A stretch of DNA of 64,000 bases from Macrostomum lignano. Its lineage: Eukaryota. Of the stretch, positions 1-10,508 are shown in pieces. Positions within the stretch are counted from its first letter, which is position 1; every line of letters starts with the position of its first letter. A program made the position numbers and the translations under genes. The stretch is taken from NCBI GenBank assembly GCA_002269645.1, contig NIVC01003923.1, forward strand, positions 1 to 64,000, given 5' to 3'. Below the pieces are notes generated by a model. That model made no database searches. It worked only from the letters and a program-made list of their open reading frames with translations, and was not told the origin of the DNA.

Positions 1-95
1 AAAATGAGGAGCACCGGCCAGGGAGGGACTGGCGACGCGCGTCTTTTATAAACTGAAGCGAGCAGAGCTGAGCAGCAGCACTGCGAGACCGGCCC

Positions 96-1703
96 TCATT
101 TCTCTGTCACTGGGTAGAAACCAATGTGCTGGAAGTTCTGCAGGAAGGCCAAATCTTCGGCTGCCGGTGCCGGTGCCTGCGGGTCGGCACCGTGGCACTT
201 GTAGATGATCTCCATGGCCAGACGAATGCTTCCGCCGTGATGGTCGGCAGCAGCCGCTCCAATGTCCGGGTTTGCCGGCTGAGCGCGGGATCCGCGTTGG
301 CCTCGATCAGCCAGGGCTTGCCGGCCGAGTCCACCAGACGTCCAGGCCAGCAGGCTGAACGTGTTCCGGCACGGGTGCCGCTCCCACTGCTTGCTGCTGG
401 CTGGCTGCTGGCTGCTGCTGCTGCTTGCCGCTGCTGTTGCGCCGGTCCTTCTGCACCCTGCGCCGCCAGCCTCAACCAGGGCGGCCACGAGCAACTTGAC
501 CTTCGGATGCAGCTCCCTGATCGTCCAGTCGTTGCCGAATTCGCTGCTCGGCAGCTGGTTGAGGTAGCTGTTCATCTGCTGCACCGTCCAGATGGTGTCC
601 TCCTTGTTAGCCTCGTAGCCAGACTGTTTGGCCTGCACTGCCTGGTTGGTGAGGTGCGTGTCCAGGCGCTGCTTGTCGCAGACCAGAAAGTCATTCAGCG
701 CCAGCCGCACGTAGCCGGTGTGGTAGAACGCCAGCAGCCCTGAGCCGGTGGTTACTAGGAGTAGGAAGACGCGCAAGTCGAACTTCTTGCCGCTGAGCAG
801 CATGGGGTCGGTCATGTAGCACTGCACCACCTTGCCGATGCCCCAGCGGTCGCTGGACAGGCTGCGCAGCATCGCTGCCTCGCCGTCCTCGCGAAATGCC
901 AACTGAATTCCTTCGCCCTTTGCGTAGTTGTGCGGCTTCACTATCCACACCGGGTGCATGGCCAGAAGGCGCCGGGCCAGCGCCGGCAGAGAGCTCCGGT
1001 CTGTGTCTCGATCAACGATGAATGTAGCCGGTATGTGGCTCTGCAGGCAGAGGCTGGTGCTGGAGTGCTTGTGCGCCATGCAGGTGACGGCCAGCTGGCT
1101 TTTGTTGCTGATCAACGTCACCCAGGGAATGCGGTTCATCACCATCGGCCTGTGGCGCTGCTGGCTGGCCGCCATGCACAGGGCATATGTGCTGGACGAC
1201 AGGTTGCCCCAGAAGAAAGCGAAGTCGGGCATGGCCGCGAGGGCGGACTGCACGCAGACGCAGCTCCACTGCCGGTTGGCTGGGCCACAGGTACCGACGC
1301 TTTTGGCTACGCTGCTGCCGCTGCCGCCGCCGCACATTTTCTCGCTGGGCCTCGGCAGCAGCTGCGGCCAGCCGAGGTGGGCGAAGAACTCGCGCACATC
1401 GGCGGCGCCGTTGCGGTACTCGCACATGAAACCGCCGGCTGGAAGCAGCTGCAGCGGTGGCGGCGGCGCAGAAGCCAGCCGGGACGGTGGCGCCTGAGGG
1501 ATGGTCGCCGCGAAGCGGAGCAACTTCTCGGGCACCGAGAAAGTGCTGACTGAGTCTAGCCAGTTCGCTTCTGAGCCCACATTGTTCGACTGCTTTGCCG
1601 CTGGAACGGGCTGGCGACTGCTGGTCGACTGGCGCTTCTGCGGTTGCTGCGGCTGCGGCTGCGGCTGCGGCTGCGGCTGCGGCTGCTCGAGAAGTCTGCC
1701 CAT
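96..1703 (-). CDS. TTLL10: Tubulin tyrosine ligase-like protein, TTLL10-like (tubulin monoglycylase/polyglycylase family); intronless; three apparent 1-nt deletions near 225-350
   Basis: TTL core motifs WIVKP, VVQCYMTDPMLLSGKKFDLRVFLL, GYVRL and HLTNQAVQ..TIWTVQQMNSYL (the last recalls TTLL10 HLTNQFMQ..TVWSMEHLNRYI). The catalytic LVDSAGKPWLIEANADPAL segment lies in the neighbouring frame (ORF 107..475). Subfamily assignment is from motif recall, not a search. Confidence 0.8.
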   Translation of the reverse strand: MGRLLEQPQPQPQPQPQPQQPQKRQSTSSRQPVPAAKQSNNVGSEANWLDSVSTFSVPEKLLRFAATIPQAPPSRLASAPPPPLQLLPAGGFMCEYRNGAADVREFFAHLGWPQLLPRPSEKMCGGGSGSSVAKSVGTCGPANRQWSCVCVQSALAAMPDFAFFWGNLSSSTYALCMAASQQRHRPMVMNRIPWVTLISNKSQLAVTCMAHKHSSTSLCLQSHIPATFIVDRDTDRSSLPALARRLLAMHPVWIVKPHNYAKGEGIQLAFREDGEAAMLRSLSSDRWGIGKVVQCYMTDPMLLSGKKFDLRVFLLLVTTGSGLLAFYHTGYVRLALNDFLVCDKQRLDTHLTNQAVQAKQSGYEANKEDTIWTVQQMNSYLNQLPSSEFGNDWTIRELHPKVKLLVAALVEAGGAGCRRTGATAAASSSSSQQPASSKQWERHPCRNTFSLLAWTSGGLGRQALADRGQRGSRAQPANPDIGAAAADHHGGSIRLAMEIIYKCHGADPQAPAPAAEDLAFLQNFQHIGFYPVTEK

Positions 1704-2513
1704 AATAAACCTCCTTTGCCCTTTGATTTCCGGCTAGGCGAGTGGTAGATTAATGAATGTGGCCATAATTCATATTCGGGCGCGAGTTCGTGCAGATTAA
1801 AGGCGGGTGGGCCATAGACTTAAACGGCTCATATGGTAAATACGAGAGATATGATGGTTGACTTCAGGTCCTCAAAGCGCGCTGACTGCTATTTGAGACG
1901 TAAGATGCCTCATAGTTGTCGGTTTAAATTTGTGCTACAGTGCTCAACAGTTCTCCATTTGGGGATTGGAGAGCTTGAGCTCCCGCTGATGTCTCGCGCT
2001 GTGACGTCAATATCAAGCTTAACGGCAGATGCTTCTCCCGCCTCATGTGGCTCCGGCTCGCTTGGGGAATTTCTATAATCCCATCGCTTCTTGTTTTGAT
2101 TCGCATGACAAGCTGAGGCTAATAGCCTGGATTGCATTGATGCCCTAGGCGGCCGGTTGCCCGAGCCGGAGTCCGCTTGGCTAAAAGCGAGGCCTGCCGC
2201 TAATCCGTTGTCTGATTGACTTTCGGGTAAACTTTTCCGCTGCCTGTTTTTCCCAGTGTTTATGTCGCTCTCTCTTTGCGAACTGCAGCAGGGAGGCGGG
2301 AGTGTCTGTCCCCGGTCTGCGAAACGCACTTGTGCCTAGGCCAGGCTTTCCGGCACGACTGCCTGATTGCCTGATTATTCAATATTTGCCTGGCCAGTTG
2401 CTCCGGAATTTTGGCTCTTCGATAATCGATTGAATGCGCGGCTTGCTTTTTTGTTTCTTTTTGCTCCCAAATTGCTTCTTAGTTCCCATTTTCTATCGCC
2501 GAATTCGCTCTCA
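1704..2513. promoter_or_regulatory. Candidate bidirectional promoter region between divergent TTLL10-like and ROCO genes
   Basis: Only ~810 bp separate the two oppositely oriented start codons; palindromic TGACGTCA (CRE-type) at 2002-2009. Function is inferred from position only. Confidence 0.35.
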
Positions 2514-5500
2514 ATGAACGCAACAGGCGCCAACACGAGCGACATGCACCTGCTGGACAAGCAGGGAGTGGAGCTGTCCGAGGACGAGTACCGATATGTA
2601 GTGAAGCACTACGATACCAACCTCATCTATCTGATTGGAATGCTGCTTCGATTCACCGTGAGACTCTTAATTTGCTTTCTCTGCTGTGTCTAGCGACTGG
2701 CATAAATGTGTGTATTTGTTTATTTACACACCTGTTAATGCGCCCAATTTGCAGTCCTTTCTGTCCAAGGCAGACTTGGCTTACCTGCCCGGAATCGACA
2801 GCGAACTGGGCGTCAATCAGGTAAGCAGTGCTGGCACCGGCCTCTCTTAATTACCAAGACTTAGCTAGACTGATGCCCCTGCCCGCAGATCACACAGGGA
2901 ATCTGGCCGGTGCTGCGCAGCTACAGAGATCAGCTGCTGCTGAAGCGGATGCTGGAACAGGACGGCTACAAGGAGAGCAGCCTATGCGCCAAAACTGGAC
3001 CGGTTGCTAGGGTCAGATCTGGCAGGGCGGTAAGTGGCAGGTGGGCCTGTATAGGGAAGTGATTCGCCGGGGCTGAGATGCTATTGTGGGCAGATACGAG
3101 TGTAGCAATGCATTAAGAAGAGTATGAAGGGTATGAAGGGTTATGACTAATCCCGTTGGTGGCGGTCTCCAATGTCAGACGCACTGCTTGCCAGCAGTCG
3201 AAAGTTGCATATTATGCAGCGCGTTCCTTCCTCAGAGGACAAAATGACGTCTAAAAGTAATGTTGTGCTATACATTGTTTTATCGCTGAAGGAAATACAA
3301 AAAATCGTAATTCCTTGAGTTAAGACACGAAGAAATGCACTGCAGCAGACAGAGATGACAGGAACGAAGACGCTATGACTGACACATCATTACACTATAA
3401 GCGATACTATGAAGCGAGACTATGACACTGCAATACTTTAGGAACAAAAATTATGGATATGTAAGCAGAGTTGCTGCATATTTAACCAAAATTTAACCAA
3501 CCATACCTACGTTTCTAACGATAAAATCCCATCAAAGCTTATGGATTAACCGTGGCAAGCCCGTGGAAAACCCCTCTAGGATGCTCGTCCGGAATCCGCC
3601 AGCGGCAACGGGCTGCGCATCGCCCAGATGCTACATTCGCACAGCCGCGACCTCTGCGACTCGCACACGGCGGCCAAGACCGTCCTGACGCAAGATGATC
3701 TTGGCCGCCACGTGGACTGCCTTCGCAATATTCGCGCCAAGAACCAGGTGCTGCCGCAGCCGTTCCCCAACGCGCTTTGCTCTCGGCGGCCAACCTCACC
3801 AACTTGGAGCTGTCGCGGTGCAAGATGCGCGACACCGGCTGGCTCAGCCAGATGTCCGAGGGCCTCATCAATCTGCAGTTGCACGAAAACTTCATCACTA
3901 AGCTGGACCCCAGCCTGAGCAGGCTGAAGCGTTTAAAGTTTCTCAACTTGAGCTACAATCCCATTAGCTACCTGCCTACCTTCGTCTGCGACCTGCCTTC
4001 GCTTTCGCTGCTGGACGCCAGCGGGACGCAGCTGAACCGCTTGCCGGAGGAGATTGGCCGCATGTCGGCGCTTACGAACCTCCTGCTAAAGGAGACGCTG
4101 ATCCGGCGCCTTCCAGCCGGATTCGGCCGGCTAAAGAAGCTCAAGCAGCTCAACTTGTCCGGCGTCCCGCTGCCCAAGATGTCTAAAAGTCGCGGCGGTC
4201 GCGGCGGCGGCGGTGGCGGCGGCGGCGGCGGCGGCAGCGATGGTGGCGGCGAGGGCGGCGGCGAGGGCAGCTCCGGAGAGGCTCCGCGGGCCCGGCGGAT
4301 CAGCCAGGCACAGCGCAGCCGGGGCGGCGGGGGCGGCGGCCTGGGCGCCGGGCTGATCATGTCCTACAAGGCCTGGTCCGAGTACCGCAACCACGGCTTC
4401 GCGGTGCAGAAGGCGCTGAAAGGCATCGGCGAGGAGCTGTTCGCCCGACACGACGTTAACAATGATAAAATCCTGCAGGCGCAGGAGCTGCAGAACTTCC
4501 TAGCCGAGCTGTTCGCCGTGGTGCCTCGTCTGTGCGTTGAGGACGGCGGCGGGCCGAGTGAGGCCGAGTTCCCGATGGAACTGCTGGGCTGCCGCAGCTT
4601 GGAGTCGCTGGTGCTCAGCAACCAGGGCATCCGGCGGGTGCCGCAGGAGATCTCGGCCCTCAAGCAGCTCCGGACCCTCGTACTGGACAACAATCTCTAC
4701 CTGGAGAGCGTCCAGGGCAACCTGCCGGAACTGAAAGGTATGGTGGCTGAGGAGCCTGCGTTGTCATGCACTCTTTCGACAGTAGAGATGGACGGGGAGA
4801 TGCGCAGTGAGGCGGGGCCGTCTCGGCAACAATAAAATAACATCGCGTGCTGGGGGAAGCGGATAAATGCAAACAGTGCAGATGAGGATTTCACAGAGCA
4901 TCTGGCTTCTGCATCAGCGCCAAGCTAGTTGCAATTTCAAAAGCCATGTCTGATTGTTTTTTCCAGTCTTTTCAAGGCTGGACTTACAAGCGTGTTGTGC
5001 ATTGGCAGATAAATGCGATGCAGTTAAAGTATAATTGAAGCCAAATACACAGGATACAAATGCATTCATCCTGGACCCCGGACAGACGTAGACAAGATGA
5101 GATAGAATAAGATAGATACGATATAGATGTCAGGCAGACACAAGCGGCAAGCCACATCGCAAAACTGCACTCCCCGCTACGTACCCGACCCTCAGTGCTG
5201 TCGATGCAGGGTTGCGAGAACCTGAAGACGCCGCCCCAGGAGATCCTGGCGCAGGGCATGATGGCCACCATCGCCTACCTTCGCCGACTGGCCAGCGGCA
5301 GTGTCGCCTGCTACCGCACCAAGCTCATGTTTGTCGGCCTGGGCGGCGCTGGGAAGACGAGGTGAGACTGGCCTAAACGGCTACTCATTTCACTTTGCAG
5401 TGGATTGAAAGTTTCGGTGTCTCTAAAAATAGAAACTAATAAATCGGCTTTGGAAATGGAATCTATTGTTACATCCATTGTTCATTGATGAATTGATGAA

Positions 5501-8500
5501 TTGTGACTAATGCACTGCCGTCTATTGAAGCTTGTACGAGTAACTTCACGCGACAGTCAGAGCCTCACGTTTCATGCCCAAATTGGAGCCAAAGCGTCAC
5601 TTAAGTTCTTCAAGTCAGTGTCAAAGCGTCACTTCACTGCTTCAAACCCCCAGAGTCAAATCGTCACTTCACTACTTCAAACCCCCACAGTCAAATCGTC
5701 ACTTCACTACTTCAAACCCCCACAGTCAAATCGTCACTTTACTAGCTCGTACTTCAAACCTCCAGAGTCAAATCGTCACTTTACTGCTTCAAACCCCCAG
5801 AGTCAAATCGTCACTTTACTGCTTCAAACCCCCAGAGTCAAATCGTCACTTTACTGCTTCAAACCCCCAGAGTCAAATCGTCACTTTACTGCTTCAAACC
5901 CCCAGAGTCAAATCGTCACTTTACTGCTTCAAACCCCCAGAGTCAAATCGTCACTTTACTGCTTCAAACCCCAGAGTCAAATCGTCACTTTACTGCTTCA
6001 AACCCCCAGAGTCAAATCGTCACTTTACTGCTTCAAACCCCCAGAGTCAAATCGTCACTTTACTGCTTCAAACCCCCAGAGTCAAATCGTCACTTTACTG
6101 CTTCAAACCCCCAGAGTCAAATCGTCACTTTACTGCTTCAAACCTCCAGAGTCAAATCGTCACTTTACTGCTTTAAACCTCCTGAGTCAAATCGTCACTT
6201 TACTGCTTCAAACCTCCAGAGTCAAATCGTCACTTTACTGCTTCAAACCTCCAGAGTCAAATCGTCACTTCACTGCTTCAAACCTCCTGAGTCAAATCGT
6301 CACTTTACTGCTTCAAACCTCCTGAATCAGAGTCGGTGCTCAAGGATCATAAGCTCCCGCCCCATCCCCGATCCCCGTCAGTCTCATGCGAGCCCTGATG
6401 TCGCCGGACTTCAAGGCGCCGCAAATTCGCCTGGAGGCCATCACGGATGGCATTGACATCAGCACATGGACAATCAACAGGTCAGGCCAGTCCGTCACCT
6501 TCAGCGTGTGGGACTTCGCCGGCCAGACGCTGTACTACAACACGCACCAGTTCTTCCTGACCGCCCGCGCCGTGTACCTGCTGGTGTGGAACATGCGGCT
6601 GGGCTTCGAGCACGCTGGCCTGGACTTCTGGATGAACAGCATCTCCTGCCACGCTCCCGGCGTGCCAATCTTTGTTGTGGGGACTCACTGCGACAAGGTG
6701 GCGAAGTTTGACATGCCAGTGCAGGATCTCAAGGATAAATATCCCGGAATTGTGGGATTCTTCTCAGTCAGCTCAGCGAGCGGAGAGGTGAGGCGTGAGG
6801 GAAACTGAATGCTTCAGATGGTCCAGTGAGAACTACTAAAAAGCCTGTGAATTCACTGAGAAGGTCTGCGAGTCCGGTAAAAGTCAGAGCGTCGTGTGGG
6901 AAGTTAGATTGTCCTGTACTGGGAGGTCAGATTGTCCAGTACTGGGAGGTCAGATTGTCCTATACTGGGAGGTTAGATTGTCCTGTACTGGGAGGTCAGA
7001 TTGTCCTGTACTGGGAGGTCAGATTGTCCTGTACTGGGAGGTCAGATTGTCCTGTACTGGGAGGTCAGATTGTCCTGTACTGGGAGGTCAGATTGTCCTG
7101 TACTGGGAGGTTAGATTGTCCTGTACTGGGAGGTCAGATTGTCCTGTACTGGGAGGTCAGAATGTACTGTACTAGGAGGTCAGAATGTACTGTACTGGGA
7201 GGTCAGATTGTCCTGTACTGGTAGGTCAGATTGTCCTGTACTGGGAGGTCAGATTGTCCTGTACTGGGAGGTCAGAATGTACTGTACTGGGAGGTCAGAA
7301 TGTACTGTACTGGGAGGTCAGAATGTACTGTATATGCCAAGTGCTTTTTTACGCGTAGAAGAATTTTTGAAGCGACGCGGGTTGAAAGTGATTGACAACC
7401 TGATACTGTAAAGCAACAGGTGCATTGCACAGAATAGTGTTTTGCTTTCACCTTCGGCTTACCTGAAACTTCTTTCTATTGATTTTTTAAATTCAGTCTT
7501 CGATACCCTTTCTCTGAGAATGTAAAAATAGTTCGTGTCTGACCTGCGCCCTGCTCCGCTCCGGTTTCTCATTGTATTAAAAGCACTTGATTGATTGATT
7601 GATTGATTGCCTGCTTGGCGGCCGCTCCTCATCGACTCTCACGGCGCAGCAGGGGGGGGGGGAGTGCCGGCCCGCGGCTCCACTCCCGCTAATAACGCGG
7701 ATTAACCCAGCACTGCACTAGCGGGCGGGAGTCGCCTTTTGGGCTCTTTGAAGTCGCAGCCTCCATCCGCTTAGGATGGAAGATTAAGGAGGCATCGGGG
7801 ATGCGAATTTCCTCATATCATTCCGCGTTTCAAGGGCTGAGCGAATCTGCAATCCCATTTAGATTTTCTTTGTCGCTCTCAGGGAGACTCTAAGACAGAT
7901 GTGGAATTTGCGTGAACTCCGAGGATCCGGAATCTGGGAACCGGGATCTGGTTACCCGAGGCGCAACTTGAGAGCCTGCAGGGAGGGGGATCGGGCTAAT
8001 GCATCATCTCTGATTGAAGGCCACTGCAAGGCGTGTGATCGTGCTATTTGATTTGCGAGTCGAGAGGAGGTCTGTTTAGAAATGCTAGCGCCAGCCGGTA
8101 TTCACCAAAATTTCACGAGAATAATTTGGTGATATTCCGCAAAGCACATCAGCTAAATATAGCTCGTAGGTATGAATTTATCTGATTTTAGCCTGAAATT
8201 GACAATATTTTGCCTTTTTGGACTTTCCAATTTGCAGATAAAGCAAGTATGGCTGTTGTCATTGCTGATGTAAAATTTATGGCAAATTTCTGATAGAGAG
8301 AAATCCAGCCAGCCCGAAATCGGACATCCAAACTTGCGCGCTGTCTATGGCCCAACCTGCCTTTACTCTGTAGGATTCCAACATTGGATGTTTTCTTGTA
8401 AAAAACTGGAATCTTTTCAGTACTTTCAAACTTTCTAGCTTAGCAAAACAAAAGCAATAATAAAAACGATCGGCTGCCTTTAAACCGTGTTGAAAAGCAA

Positions 8501-10473
8501 AAAAAAAACAAAAATTGATGCAGAGCTCCGGAGTCGACTTTCACAGAATTGACAGCTTCAACAAATTTGAAATATGGGTTCATTTTCAATGGGATTTATT
8601 ATGAGAGTTGCGCGAGAAATTTGTTGAGAAATCTGCTGATCCTCTCCATTCTCTACAGCCGTTTAATCAGCGGAAGCAGGTTTCGCAATTAATTAAATTG
8701 CAGGCAAGACAAGAAGCATTATTTTACAAATCCAATTCCGCGAATTCCAGTTTACATTTCCCTCATCAGGAGGCTGCAGTCTACTGGAGTTTACGAGCGT
8801 ACGCCAGTCAGTAGTGTCAGTGACGTTATCAGAGAGATTAGGATTAGACAGAGATTGCTCTGGTAAGTGGATCTAAGAGATTATATGGATTAGAGAGAGA
8901 TTATATGGATTAGAGAGAGATTAGATGGATTAGGGAGAGATTAGATAAATAAGAGAGAGATTAGATAGATTAGAGCGGGGTTAGATGGATTGGATAGATG
9001 AGAAAATAATAAGAGAGATTATATGGATTAGAGAGAGATTAAATGGACGAGAGAGAGATTCGGTGGATTAGAAAGAGATTAGATGGATGAGAGATAGAGA
9101 GATTCGGCCGATTAGAACGAGATCAGATGGATTAGAGAGAGATAGAGAGAGAGATTCGGCGAATTCGAGAAAGATTAGACGGATGAGAGATAGAGAGATT
9201 CGGTGGATTAGAGAGAGATTCGGCGGATTAGAACGAGATTAGATGGATTAAAGAGAGATTAGATGGATGAATTAGAGAGAGATTCGGTGGATTGTAACGA
9301 GATTAGGTGGATTAGAGAGAGACCGGACGGAATAGATGGATCAGACAGTAATGAGAGAGATTAGGGGCAGTGCATGGATACTTTAGTGGGTTCAAAGCGG
9401 CTGAGAGAGGCCATCAAATGCCTGAGGAGGCTGCTGATTGCTCCCTGCTTGCTTGGACTGGCTAAAAGAAGCAGACAGGCCAAGATTGTAGCAATATTGA
9501 GCGATCAGCTCTGCCTTCAACAGCTTCTGCCTGCTTCATCTGGCCTAGAAAAAAGCCAAATCGGCCTCCTCGAGCAGAGTCTAAATTTAACTTTAGCACG
9601 AGAGCCAACCCCCCCCCCCAAGTTGCGTTTTATTAAAAACATCAATCTGGTTTACTTCAGCCAAGCTGCTGTGCATCCAGTTCTCAGTTTCTGCTCACAG
9701 GTGAACAGGACTTAAGATATTCTCACATTCATTTCCAACATTGAAAATCCGCTGAAAAAATGTCTGAAAAAGACACGACAAAATGACATTTGAGGAAAGA
9801 AAGAAAGTTTCAAGCGCAATAAACTTCTACTGCAAGCAGACCTCTAGCTTGGATTGTACGCGGTTGCTGAGCACTTGAATTCGCGTCTAACTGGGCCGGG
9901 TGCAACTCGGTCAATCTCCGATATGTATCGAAAACAATCGAAAACTAAGAGTCCGATTGGGAGGAGAGCGGGAAAAAGGGGAAGAGTGAGGATGACCGGG
10001 AGGGAGACGGGGAGAGGGGGAGAGGAGAGGGAAGGAGAGGGAGAGAGAGGAAAGTGAATGAAGAGCTTCCACCGTGACATCAATAAAGTTGCCACTAAGC
10101 AGGCAGCCCGGAGACTATATTTGCACTCAGTTGTACCTTCGGCCCGGCCGCACTATCGCAGTCGTGGCCAACCCATCAAATTTTTCTTTTTCTGTCTGAG
10201 CGACTGATGGGAGGCCTCCCCGCTCTCATCACACGCGGCGCGGCGAAGGACAGTCGCTCAAGCCAGCTGGGCCGCGAATTCCGTCAAAGTGTCCCCGATT
10301 GTCCCCTCATGAATAAAACATCGGCGCAGACTCGAGTAAAAACGCTCAAACGACGAGTCGAGTCGCTGGGCGCCAGATCTCCGTCAGTAATTCCTACTTT
10401 CTCGCTACGGCCCAGACAGTCGTTGTGAGGATAAAACTGGAGCTGGCGATGAAGATTTGAGCCGGACCGACTC

Positions 10474-10508
<35 letters not shown>

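Noticed and set aside
215-350. Programmed ribosomal frameshifting in the TTLL gene
   Set aside because: No slippery heptamer or downstream structure; three homopolymer deletions are better explained by sequencing error.
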